Shown here one piece after another: positions 1 through 7,785 of a stretch of DNA of 38,553 nt. How positions within the stretch are numbered: position 1 is the stretch's first letter; every line of letters begins with the position of its first letter. A program made the translations under genes and the position numbers. The notes under the pieces were generated by a model, which did no database searches, was not told the origin of the DNA, and was given only the letters and a program-made list of their open reading frames with translations. The DNA is taken from contig JBDRQD010000047.1 in NCBI GenBank assembly GCA_043826455.1, forward strand, positions 1-38,553, in the 5' to 3' direction. This DNA comes from Candidatus Bathyarchaeota archaeon (GTDB taxonomy: Archaea; Thermoproteota; Bathyarchaeia; TCS64).

Positions 1-89
1 CCGTCTTCAAGTCCGTGGGAATAGCCATCCAGGATAGCAGCGTCGCCAACCTGGTCCTCAGAAAGCTAGGCGTCTGGGCTGTTTCCTAA
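1..89 (+). CDS. 3' end of ornithine cyclodeaminase/alanine dehydrogenase (mu-crystallin) family protein, truncated by window edge
   Basis: Frame +3 reads VFKSVGIAIQDSSVANLVLRKLG..., stop TAA at 87-89. FKSVG.AIQD is the typical C-terminal motif of the OCD/mu-crystallin family. Confidence 0.75.
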   Translation, partial: VFKSVGIAIQDSSVANLVLRKLGVWAVS

Positions 90-117
90 CCCTCATCGTT
101 TTATTCATCCTTCCCTA

Positions 118-381
118 ATGATCACAGATTCAAAGTCACCGAGGTGTAATGGGACGGCTAAGAAGTTCAAGGTGGACATAGACGAGGACAAGTGCAAGGG
201 ATGCCTCATCTGTGTCCACATGTGCAACGCACGCGGGGGGAAGGTTTTGAGGGAGTCTGAGAAGAAGACCGCGCTGGGCGGCACCAAGCCCGTGGTCGAG
301 GGAGACTGCATCGGCTGCAGGTGGTGTGAGCGTTTCTGCCCGGACTTCGCGGTGAACGTGGAGGAAGCTAGAGATGCTTGA
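118..381 (+). CDS. korD: 2-oxoacid:ferredoxin oxidoreductase delta subunit (2x[4Fe-4S] ferredoxin); true start possibly ACG at 154
   Basis: CKGCLICVHMC and CIGCRWCERFCPDFA motifs; overlaps the start of the alpha subunit. Confidence 0.9.
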   Translation: MITDSKSPRCNGTAKKFKVDIDEDKCKGCLICVHMCNARGGKVLRESEKKTALGGTKPVVEGDCIGCRWCERFCPDFAVNVEEARDA

Positions 382-1504
382 ACCAGGTAGACATCTTGTA
401 CTAGGGAATGTTGCCTGCGCCGAGGGCGCGCTGCGCGCCGGTTGCAGGTACTTCGCGGGGTACCCCATAACGCCGGCCAGCGAGATCAGCCACCACATGT
501 CGGCTGAGCTGCCCAAGGTGGAGGGCGTCTTCCTTCAGATGGAGGACGAGATAGCCAGCATAGCCAGCGTCATAGGCGCCTCCTGGGCTGGAGCTAAGGC
601 TATGACGGCCACCAGCGGCCCAGGGTACAGCCTAATGCAGGAGAACATAGGGTACGCCCACATGACGGAGACGCCTCTGGTGCTGGTGAACGTGCAGCGC
701 AGCGGCCCCTCCACGGGTCAGAGCACAGACCCCAGCCAGCAGGACATATACCAGGCCAAGTATGGGGCCCACGGCGACTACGAGGTGATAGCCATCAGCC
801 CGTGGAGCGTCCAGGAGATGTTCGACCTCACCGTCAAGGCCTTCAACCTAGCCGAGTCCTACAGGACGCCGGTGATGCTGATGAGCGACGGCCTCATAGG
901 CCACATCCAGGAGAAGCTCATCGTGCCCGACGAGGTGGATGCGGTGAACCGCAGGAAGCCCACAAGCAAGACCAGCACGCCCTGGGGCACCGATGACCCC
1001 AGCCTGGTCCCCGAGATGCCGGCGTTCGGCGAGGGCTACAAGCTCCTGGTGACGGGGAGCACACACCGCCCCGACGGCGTCAGGGACATGTCCCCCAAGT
1101 ACCACCAGATGACCGTGTACCGGATCAGGGACAAGATACTCAACGCTGAGCCCAAGATCAGGGACATCCACAAGACGGATATGGACGACGCCAAGGTGGC
1201 AGTCCTCAGCTTCGGGGCGTCATCTAGGCCCAGCCTGGAGGCCGTCACTCAGGCAAGGAAGGCGGGGGTCAAGGCCGGCCTCTTCAGGCTCAAGACTATA
1301 TGGCCCTTCCCAGAGTCCGAGGTCTCCGAGCTGGCGGACCAGGTGGACGCCATCATCGTCGTTGAGATGAACTTCGGCAAGCTGGTGAAGGAGGTCCAGC
1401 GGGTGGTCTGTGGAAAAACCAAAGTGGTCAGCCTAGGAAAGGTAGGCGGGCAGCTGCCCCTGGCTCGTGAGGTACTTGAAGCCATAAGGAGGGAGTCACA
1501 GTGA
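374..1504 (+). CDS. korA: 2-oxoacid:ferredoxin oxidoreductase alpha subunit
   Basis: GNVACAEGA, FAGYPITP, QMEDEIAS, TATSGPG and VQRSGPSTG motifs. Confidence 0.95.
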   Translation: MLEPGRHLVLGNVACAEGALRAGCRYFAGYPITPASEISHHMSAELPKVEGVFLQMEDEIASIASVIGASWAGAKAMTATSGPGYSLMQENIGYAHMTETPLVLVNVQRSGPSTGQSTDPSQQDIYQAKYGAHGDYEVIAISPWSVQEMFDLTVKAFNLAESYRTPVMLMSDGLIGHIQEKLIVPDEVDAVNRRKPTSKTSTPWGTDDPSLVPEMPAFGEGYKLLVTGSTHRPDGVRDMSPKYHQMTVYRIRDKILNAEPKIRDIHKTDMDDAKVAVLSFGASSRPSLEAVTQARKAGVKAGLFRLKTIWPFPESEVSELADQVDAIIVVEMNFGKLVKEVQRVVCGKTKVVSLGKVGGQLPLAREVLEAIRRESQ

Positions 1505-2517
1505 AGAGCCTATACTACTACAGGGACAAGTACGTGAGGGCCCAGCCTAGCGCCTTCTGCCCCGGCTGCGGCGGAGGCATCATCCTCCAGTGCTTCCTCA
1601 GAGCCATTGACGACCTTGGCATCGACAAGGAGAGCATACTGACCGTGTCAGGCATCGGATGCAGCGCCTGGATACCCAGCCCCTACTTCGACGGGGACAC
1701 CCTTCACACCACCCACGGCAGGGCCATAGCCTTCGCCACGGGCGCCAAGGCCTACAACCCTGACCTCACAACCGTGGTCTTCACGGGCGACGGCGACGGC
1801 GCGGGCATCGGCGGCAACCACCTCATCCACGCGGCGCGCCGAAACATCGACCTCAAGGTGTTCCTGGTGAACAACTTCAGCTACGCCATGACGGGCGGAC
1901 AGATAGCGCCCACCACGCTCCACGGGGAGACCACTGTGACCAGCCCCTACGGAAACCCGGAGAGCCCCTTCGACATCACCCAGCTGGTGAAGGCCGCGGG
2001 GGCCACCTACGTGGCCAAGTGGAGCACCTACCACGTCCTGGAGCTCACCAACGCCATGAAGGAGGCGCTGCAGCACAAGGGCTTCGCCTTCATAGAGATA
2101 CTGAGCCAGTGCCCCACGCAGCAGAGGCGGGTCTTCAATCTCAGGGGCCCCCTGGAGAGCCTGCCGCCGAGGATTCTAGAGATGTTCGGGGAGAGCGCAG
2201 TCATCAAGGGTAAGCCAGGCAGAGGAGGCTACCTCTACGCTGTACCCAAGGGAGACGTCAAGGAGACCCTGAAACAGGCGGAGGCCCTAGACGGCGTCAA
2301 GGCCAAGGTAGTGGACCACATAGGCTTCGGCCATGTAGTGAGGGTGGACGCCAAGCAGGTTGAGGCCACCCGGGGGAGGCTGGAGAAGCTGGGCTCCGTG
2401 AGCTACGTGGCGGACCACATGGAGAAGAAGGTGGAGATGGGCCTCTTCGAGAAATCAGAGCGCCCGGAGCTAACAGATAGCCTCAGGGAGATCATGAGAA
2501 AAGCGAGGGGCGAGTAA
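1501..2517 (+). CDS. korB: 2-oxoacid:ferredoxin oxidoreductase beta subunit (TPP-binding) with an internal C-terminal insertion
   Basis: FCPGCG, SGIGCS, HTTHGRA, GDGD...GGNH, MTGGQ.APT and SQCPT motifs; GTGA overlap with korA. Confidence 0.95.
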   Translation: MKSLYYYRDKYVRAQPSAFCPGCGGGIILQCFLRAIDDLGIDKESILTVSGIGCSAWIPSPYFDGDTLHTTHGRAIAFATGAKAYNPDLTTVVFTGDGDGAGIGGNHLIHAARRNIDLKVFLVNNFSYAMTGGQIAPTTLHGETTVTSPYGNPESPFDITQLVKAAGATYVAKWSTYHVLELTNAMKEALQHKGFAFIEILSQCPTQQRRVFNLRGPLESLPPRILEMFGESAVIKGKPGRGGYLYAVPKGDVKETLKQAEALDGVKAKVVDHIGFGHVVRVDAKQVEATRGRLEKLGSVSYVADHMEKKVEMGLFEKSERPELTDSLREIMRKARGE

Positions 2518-2519
2518 CT

Positions 2520-3047
2520 GTGCAGCAGAACATACTAATAAGCGGGACAGGCGGCCAGGGGATAGTCGCGGCGGGCGAGTTCCTCAGCGACGCCCTCTTC
2601 AGGAAGGGGTACGAGGTCATGTTCGGCCGCAGCTATGGGGCCGAGGCCAGGGGCGGGAGCTGCCGCAGCGAGATCATGGTCAGCGACGTGGAGATCAATG
2701 ACCTGCAGTTCGAGAGGAGTGACGTGCTGCTGGCTCTCAGCCTCCCGGCCTTCAAGAAGTTCATGGGCGTGGTCAAACCCAGCAGCCTGATCCTGGTGGA
2801 CAGCGAAGTCTATGAGCGGGCCGGCAAGGTCCGGGACGACGTGGAGATCATACGAGTGCCCTCTAGGGAGATATCCCTGAGGCTGGGAAACCCCATAGTG
2901 GCTAACATGGTGCTCCTGGGGGCACTGGCCAAGAGGAGCGAGATGGTGAACCTAGATCTCCTCAAGGATGCTGTCCGGGCCAACATGCGTCCTAGCATGC
3001 AGGAGATCAACCTCAAGGCCCTCGACCTGGGCCACGCCTCCATATAG
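2520..3047 (+). CDS. korC: 2-oxoacid:ferredoxin oxidoreductase gamma subunit
   Basis: GTGGQGI, SYGAEARGG and NMVLLGA motifs. Confidence 0.93.
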   Translation: MQQNILISGTGGQGIVAAGEFLSDALFRKGYEVMFGRSYGAEARGGSCRSEIMVSDVEINDLQFERSDVLLALSLPAFKKFMGVVKPSSLILVDSEVYERAGKVRDDVEIIRVPSREISLRLGNPIVANMVLLGALAKRSEMVNLDLLKDAVRANMRPSMQEINLKALDLGHASI

Positions 3048-3057
3048 GTGGTCTAGA

Positions 3058-3504
3058 ACGAGCCGAACCTACCCAGCGCGCCCGATCCCGGGGGTTGCCG
3101 GGATGATCATCCACTGCGGCCGCATCCTGCTCAGTGTTCGGGGTAAGCCCCCGTCGGAAGGTCTGTGGGGGCTGCCTGGCGGCGTCGTGGAAGTGGGTGA
3201 GACGGTGGAGGAGGCCCTGGTGAGGGAGGTTCTGGAGGAGACGGGTGTCACCGTCAGGCCCCTGAAGCAGGTGGCTGTCTTGGACAGTGTTAACAGGGAC
3301 GAGGATGGGCGGGTCAAGTACCACTACATTCTCTTCGAGTTCCTGTGCGAGTACGTTTCAGGGGCGGTCCAGCCCGGCTCAGATGCTTTGGACGCCCGCT
3401 GGGTGCCTTTAGATGATCTGGAGTCAGTTGACATCATGCCTACGACTCTCAGGTTCATCAGGAAGATCCTGGCCCAAGAGAACATCGCTTTACCAAATGG
3501 TTAA
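3058..3504 (+). CDS. NUDIX hydrolase (MutT/ADP-ribose pyrophosphatase-like); start uncertain (ACG 3058 preferred, track gives ATG 2968)
   Basis: Nudix box GGVVEVGETVEEALVREVLEETG; N-terminal SRTYPARP..GV typical of this subfamily. Confidence 0.88.
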   Translation, partial: TSRTYPARPIPGVAGMIIHCGRILLSVRGKPPSEGLWGLPGGVVEVGETVEEALVREVLEETGVTVRPLKQVAVLDSVNRDEDGRVKYHYILFEFLCEYVSGAVQPGSDALDARWVPLDDLESVDIMPTTLRFIRKILAQENIALPNG

Positions 3505-3539
3505 ATATTGCGATTTAACCTTACCATTTGGTAAATATT
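3490..3539 (+). promoter_or_regulatory. Promoter of the tusA-dsrE operon: TATA-like box (TTTAACC 3514-3520) flanked by two copies of the palindrome TTACCA-WW-TGGTWA
   Basis: TTACCAAATGGTTA at 3490-3503 and perfect TTACCATTTGGTAA at 3521-3534, each running into AATATT; ATG at 3540. Confidence 0.7.
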
Positions 3540-3776
3540 ATGGCTGGCGTTAGCGTTGACGTTGAGCTAGACTGCAAGGGCATGTTCTGCCCCATGCCCA
3601 TAGTGCAGCTGAAGAAGGCGACAAAGAACATGAAGCCGGGCCAGGTCCTCAGGCTGATGGCCACCGACCCGGGCAGCGTGCGGGACATCCCGGCGTGGGC
3701 CGGAAAGACGGGCAACAAGGTCCTGGAGACCTCCGAGGACTCCGGCGTGTTCACGTTTCTGATAGAGGTGAGTTAG
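3540..3776 (+). CDS. tusA: Sulfurtransferase/sulfur carrier TusA (SirA family)
   Basis: LDCKGMFCPMP (CPxP) and ATDPGS..DIPAW motifs. Confidence 0.93.
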   Translation: MAGVSVDVELDCKGMFCPMPIVQLKKATKNMKPGQVLRLMATDPGSVRDIPAWAGKTGNKVLETSEDSGVFTFLIEVS

Positions 3777-4196
3777 ATGAGTGAAAGAAAGAAGATAGCT
3801 ATAATCGTCCACAGCGGAACCCTAGATAAGCTCTACCCGGTGTTCATGCTGAGCAGCACAGGGGGCGCCATGGACGCCGAGGTACACCTGTTCTTCACGT
3901 TCTGGGGCCTAAACGTTTTGAAGAAGGGGGGCCTGGAGTCAGCCAAGCTCCCAGGGATCATGAGCGTAGGAACCGGCATGATGAAGGACAAGATAAAGAA
4001 GGTGGGCACCCCCACACTCACGGAGCTCCTCGCCATGTGCAGGAGTACCGGGAGCGTGAAGCTATACGCGTGCAGCACCACCATGGCGATAATGGACGTG
4101 AAGAAGGAGGACCTCATCCCCGAGGTTGACGACATAGTGGGCGCGGCCACCTTCCTGGACATAGCCATGGACGCCGACGTGCAGCTCTTCATATAG
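3777..4196 (+). CDS. DsrE/DrsE-like (DsrE2/peroxiredoxin-family) sulfur carrier
   Basis: SGTLDK, LFFTFWGL, YACSTTM and VGAATFL motifs. Confidence 0.88.
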   Translation: MSERKKIAIIVHSGTLDKLYPVFMLSSTGGAMDAEVHLFFTFWGLNVLKKGGLESAKLPGIMSVGTGMMKDKIKKVGTPTLTELLAMCRSTGSVKLYACSTTMAIMDVKKEDLIPEVDDIVGAATFLDIAMDADVQLFI

Positions 4197-4205
4197 GTGA
4201 GTTCA

Positions 4206-4571
4206 ATGGGTAGGATGTTAATCCTCCTCTGCGAGTCCCCCTTCCAGCACGAGGCCGTGGATCACGCCCTTGAGATCACCAAGGCGGCCCTGGCCAAGGG
4301 TCACCAGGTGGACGTCTACCTCATGATGGACGGCGTATACAACCCGCTTGTGACCCAGAGCGGCGAGCCCTTCCACGTGGACTCCGTCAGCCACAGAGTC
4401 AAGGAGCTCATGGAGGCAGGGGCCAAGTTCAGAGGCTGCAGGGTGTGCATGGAGCTGAGGGGCGTAGCCGAGAAGGACATCCCGGAAGGCATGGACATCG
4501 GGGGCATCTTCGACCTGAGCGAGTCGCTGGCAGAGGCCGACGTGGCCCTCAGCTTCACGGGGGCCGGCTAG
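4206..4571 (+). CDS. dsrE: DsrE/TusD family sulfur-relay protein
   Basis: ESPF, YLMMDGVY and CRVCMELRG (active-site Cys); SD GGTGA upstream of ATG 4206. Confidence 0.85.
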   Translation: MGRMLILLCESPFQHEAVDHALEITKAALAKGHQVDVYLMMDGVYNPLVTQSGEPFHVDSVSHRVKELMEAGAKFRGCRVCMELRGVAEKDIPEGMDIGGIFDLSESLAEADVALSFTGAG

Positions 4572-4910
4572 ATGGCGGAAAAGAAGACACTCATCATAAT
4601 CAAGTCGCGGCCCTTCACCAGCCTCAACTACTATGAGGCTCTGAGAACCGCGGCCGGCCTGTGGAACCACGAGGTCAAGGTGCTCTGGATGGGCGAGGGA
4701 GTCTACGCCGCCCTGGACCGGGCCGACAAGACGCTGACAGGCAAGTTCCTCGCCGATCTGCCGGACCTGGATATAGAGATGTACGTGGACGAGGAGGCTC
4801 TCAAAGTTAAAGGCTTCACGGAGGATGATCTGGTGGAGAGCGCTGCGCCCGCAAATCGAGCCAAGGTTAGGGAGCTGCTAGGCTGGGCTGAGGCCAGCCT
4901 CGTGTTCTAG
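4572..4910 (+). CDS. dsrF: DsrF/TusC family sulfur-relay protein
   Basis: SRPF....YEALRTA.GL, GEGVY, YVDEEAL..KG; lies between dsrE-like and dsrH-like genes. Confidence 0.8.
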   Translation: MAEKKTLIIIKSRPFTSLNYYEALRTAAGLWNHEVKVLWMGEGVYAALDRADKTLTGKFLADLPDLDIEMYVDEEALKVKGFTEDDLVESAAPANRAKVRELLGWAEASLVF

Positions 4911-4918
4911 GTGATGAA

Positions 4919-5197
4919 ATGAGCAAACTTGTACTGTTGAAAGGCTTGGACGAGAACGCCCTCAGGGCTGCCCTCAGCCTAGATGACGCTGCAGTCGTGC
5001 TTCTACAGGACGCGGTCTACATGGCCAGGGAGTGCCCACATGTGAAAGAGGCGCTAAAAAAACACACGATCTATGTTCTCGGTAGGGATGCAGCCAAGCG
5101 TGGCCTACCTCCCGAGGCTCTGGAAGGTTTACTCATCCTGGACTACGATGAGCTGGTGGAACTCATGTTCAGCGGAGTCGAGGTGATGAACCTGTGA
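4919..5197 (+). CDS. dsrH: DsrH/TusB family sulfur-relay protein
   Basis: VLLQDAVY, YVL..D...RG and LDYDELVEL motifs. Confidence 0.85.
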   Translation: MSKLVLLKGLDENALRAALSLDDAAVVLLQDAVYMARECPHVKEALKKHTIYVLGRDAAKRGLPPEALEGLLILDYDELVELMFSGVEVMNL

Positions 5198-5655
5198 AAG
5201 CAGTGGGCAGGATAGACGACCTGGACAGGGACATACTGAAGCTGCTCCAGGCGGACTCCAGGATGAGCTACAGGGAGATAGCCAAGGCCCTGGACGTGAG
5301 CCACGTCAGCGTGTCCACCAGGATCAAGGCCATGGAGGAGAGCGGAGTCATCATGGGGTACACGGTGGTAACGGACCCCGACGCCCTGGGCAGCTACCCC
5401 CTATGCCTCAGGATATCAGCCAGCTCCGGAAGCGACCTCTCAGTGATAGGCTTCAAGGTGGCCGAGCACGAGGAGATCAGCGTTGTGCTCCGCGTCAGCG
5501 GCGAGTGTGAGCTCCTGGCCCTGGCCATGTGCCGGGACAGGCAGTCAGCCGTGGAGCTCCTGGACGAGATGAGCGGCATCCCGGGCATCGATAAGGCCGA
5601 GAGCCACGTGGTCTTGGAGGCCATAAAGCTCAGCGGCCGCAAACTGAAGCCCTAG
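5194..5655 (+). CDS. Lrp/AsnC family transcriptional regulator
   Basis: DDLDRDILKLLQADSRMSYREIAKAL..S...V..RIKAMEESGVI HTH plus RAM domain (VSGE..L); GTGA overlap with dsrH. Confidence 0.92.
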   Translation: MKAVGRIDDLDRDILKLLQADSRMSYREIAKALDVSHVSVSTRIKAMEESGVIMGYTVVTDPDALGSYPLCLRISASSGSDLSVIGFKVAEHEEISVVLRVSGECELLALAMCRDRQSAVELLDEMSGIPGIDKAESHVVLEAIKLSGRKLKP

Positions 5656-5712
5656 TCTTTCGGTCATTTTATCCGTAACACCTGAATCTCATAGGTGTAC
5701 GGAGGATCAACG

Positions 5713-7785
5713 GTGATCAGGGTCAGCGTGGACGTGGGAGGAACCTTCACGGACCTGGTGGCCTTCCATGAGGATACGGGCCGGATACTGAACATCAAGG
5801 TGCCCACCGTCCCCAGGAACCCGGAGCTTGGGGTAGTCGACGCCTTCAAGCAGCTGTTTCCGGGCCAGAGCCCGGGTGAGATCAGCATGGTGGGCCACGC
5901 CACCACCATAGCCACCAACACCCTGCTGGGCCAGGTAGACTTGGAGGTTCCCAGAACCGCGCTGATCACCACCGATGGTTTCAAGGATGTCATAGAGATC
6001 GGGCGCCAGAGGCGGGCCGAGGTCTACAACCTGTTCTTCGTTAGGCCCCCCATGTTGGTGGAGAGGAGGCACAGGTACGAGGTACCTGAGCGCGTGGGGC
6101 CCAGAGGGGAGGTTGAGACGCCTCTAGACGTTGAGAGGATCAGGGAGATCGCGTGCTGCCTGGAGGCTAGCGACGTGAAGTCGGTCGCCATCGGGTTCAT
6201 CAACAGCTACGCCAACCCCGTCCACGAGGACCAGGCGTATGATGCGTTAAAGAAGCAATGCCCAGGCCTGTTCATCACTGCGTCCCACAGGATTAGCAAC
6301 GAGTACAGGGAGTACGAGAGGTTCAGCACGGCCGTGGTGAACGCGGCCCTCATGCCCGTCATCCAGACCTACCTCACGCGGCTGGAGCGGGACCTGGAGA
6401 GCCTGGGTGTGGAGGCGCCCCTCTATGTGATGCAGAGCAACGGAGGCATGGCCAAGAGTAACGTCATCAGCGGCCAGCCGGCCACCATAGTGGAGTCTGG
6501 GCCTGCCGCCGGCGTGATAGCCGCGGCCTGGCTGGGTGAGCAGACCGGCGTAAGAGACATCATCAGCTTCGACATGGGTGGGACCACGGCCAAGGCGGGT
6601 ACCGTGAGGGGCAGGGTCCCCGAGGTGGTGCCCGAGTACGAGGTGGCAGGCCACATCCATATGGGGCGGCTGGTGAAGGGCAGCGGCTACCCCGTCAGGT
6701 TCCCCTTCATAGACCTGGCCGAGTGTAGCGCCGGCGGAGGAACCATAGCCCGGGCCGTGAACGGGGGCCTGCAGGTGGGGCCCGTAAGCGCAGGTGCCGT
6801 CCCAGGCCCGGCCTGCTACAACCGGGGAGGCGTCGAGGCCACCATAACGGACGCCAACCTCCTGCTGGGTCGTCTGAACCCCAGGGAGCTGCTGAGCGGC
6901 GACATGAGTATCCACCCGGCGCTGGCCGAGAAGGCTTTCAATGCGCTGGGCGAGTCCGTTGGCGTCTCAGCCCACAAGGCGGCTGTCAGCGTCGTGAGGA
7001 TCGCCAACAGCATGATGGGCAAGATACTGCGCATAGTGTCCGTGGAGAGGGGCTACGACCCCAGAAACTTCAGCATAGTGGCCTTCGGCGGAGCGGGGCC
7101 CATGCACGTCTGCGCGTTGGCCGAGGAGCTGGAGATCGGCCACGTGGTGGTGCCCCCCAACCCGGGCATGTTCAGCGCCCTGGGGCTGCTCACAGCCGAC
7201 CTGTTTCACGATCACTCGACTCCGCTTCTGCTGGGCGTCGAGGACGTGGAGACGATCTCTCTCGAGGAGAGCTTCAGGAAGATGGAGGCGCAGGGCAGCG
7301 CAACCCTTGAAGAGGAGAACATACCTCCGGAGCGCAGGGGCTTTAGCAGGAGCCTGGACATGAGGTACAGGGGCCAAGGCTTCGAGCTCAACGTCCCCAC
7401 GGACTCGCCTGTCACCGGGGAGTCCATGAGGCGCAGCTTGTCAGCCTTCCACGCCAAGCACAGGGAAGTCTACGGGTACGCGGCGGATGACGAGCCCGTG
7501 GAGGTGGTGAACGCCAAGCTCAGGGTCATTGGGCGACTGGATAAGCCCGCCCTCGCGGAGGACCAGGCTGAGAAGAGACAGGTCAGGCCCACGACCCGGA
7601 GGGTCTACTACGAGACGGTGGGGGACTGGGTGGACACAGACGTGATCCAACGTGAGAACCTGGTCAAGAAAGGAGCCGGCCCGGCGGTGATAGAGCAGTA
7701 CGACTCCACAACGGTGGTCTACCCCGGGTGGAGCTACGAGCCGGATCGCCTCGGAAACTTGATCCTAAGGAGGCTGAAGCAATGA
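5713..7785 (+). CDS. hyuA: Hydantoinase A / 5-oxoprolinase subunit A (ATP-dependent)
   Basis: DVGGTFTD, HATTIATN, ESGPAAG, DMGGTT, SAGA.PGPACY, TDAN and FGGAGPMH motifs; SD GGAGG before GTG 5713. Confidence 0.93.
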   Translation: MIRVSVDVGGTFTDLVAFHEDTGRILNIKVPTVPRNPELGVVDAFKQLFPGQSPGEISMVGHATTIATNTLLGQVDLEVPRTALITTDGFKDVIEIGRQRRAEVYNLFFVRPPMLVERRHRYEVPERVGPRGEVETPLDVERIREIACCLEASDVKSVAIGFINSYANPVHEDQAYDALKKQCPGLFITASHRISNEYREYERFSTAVVNAALMPVIQTYLTRLERDLESLGVEAPLYVMQSNGGMAKSNVISGQPATIVESGPAAGVIAAAWLGEQTGVRDIISFDMGGTTAKAGTVRGRVPEVVPEYEVAGHIHMGRLVKGSGYPVRFPFIDLAECSAGGGTIARAVNGGLQVGPVSAGAVPGPACYNRGGVEATITDANLLLGRLNPRELLSGDMSIHPALAEKAFNALGESVGVSAHKAAVSVVRIANSMMGKILRIVSVERGYDPRNFSIVAFGGAGPMHVCALAEELEIGHVVVPPNPGMFSALGLLTADLFHDHSTPLLLGVEDVETISLEESFRKMEAQGSATLEEENIPPERRGFSRSLDMRYRGQGFELNVPTDSPVTGESMRRSLSAFHAKHREVYGYAADDEPVEVVNAKLRVIGRLDKPALAEDQAEKRQVRPTTRRVYYETVGDWVDTDVIQRENLVKKGAGPAVIEQYDSTTVVYPGWSYEPDRLGNLILRRLKQ

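Noticed and set aside
7728..7781. N-terminal extension of hydantoinase B in the ORF track
   Set aside because: Lies within hyuA; the ATGA overlap at 7782 with upstream GGAGG is the more plausible start.
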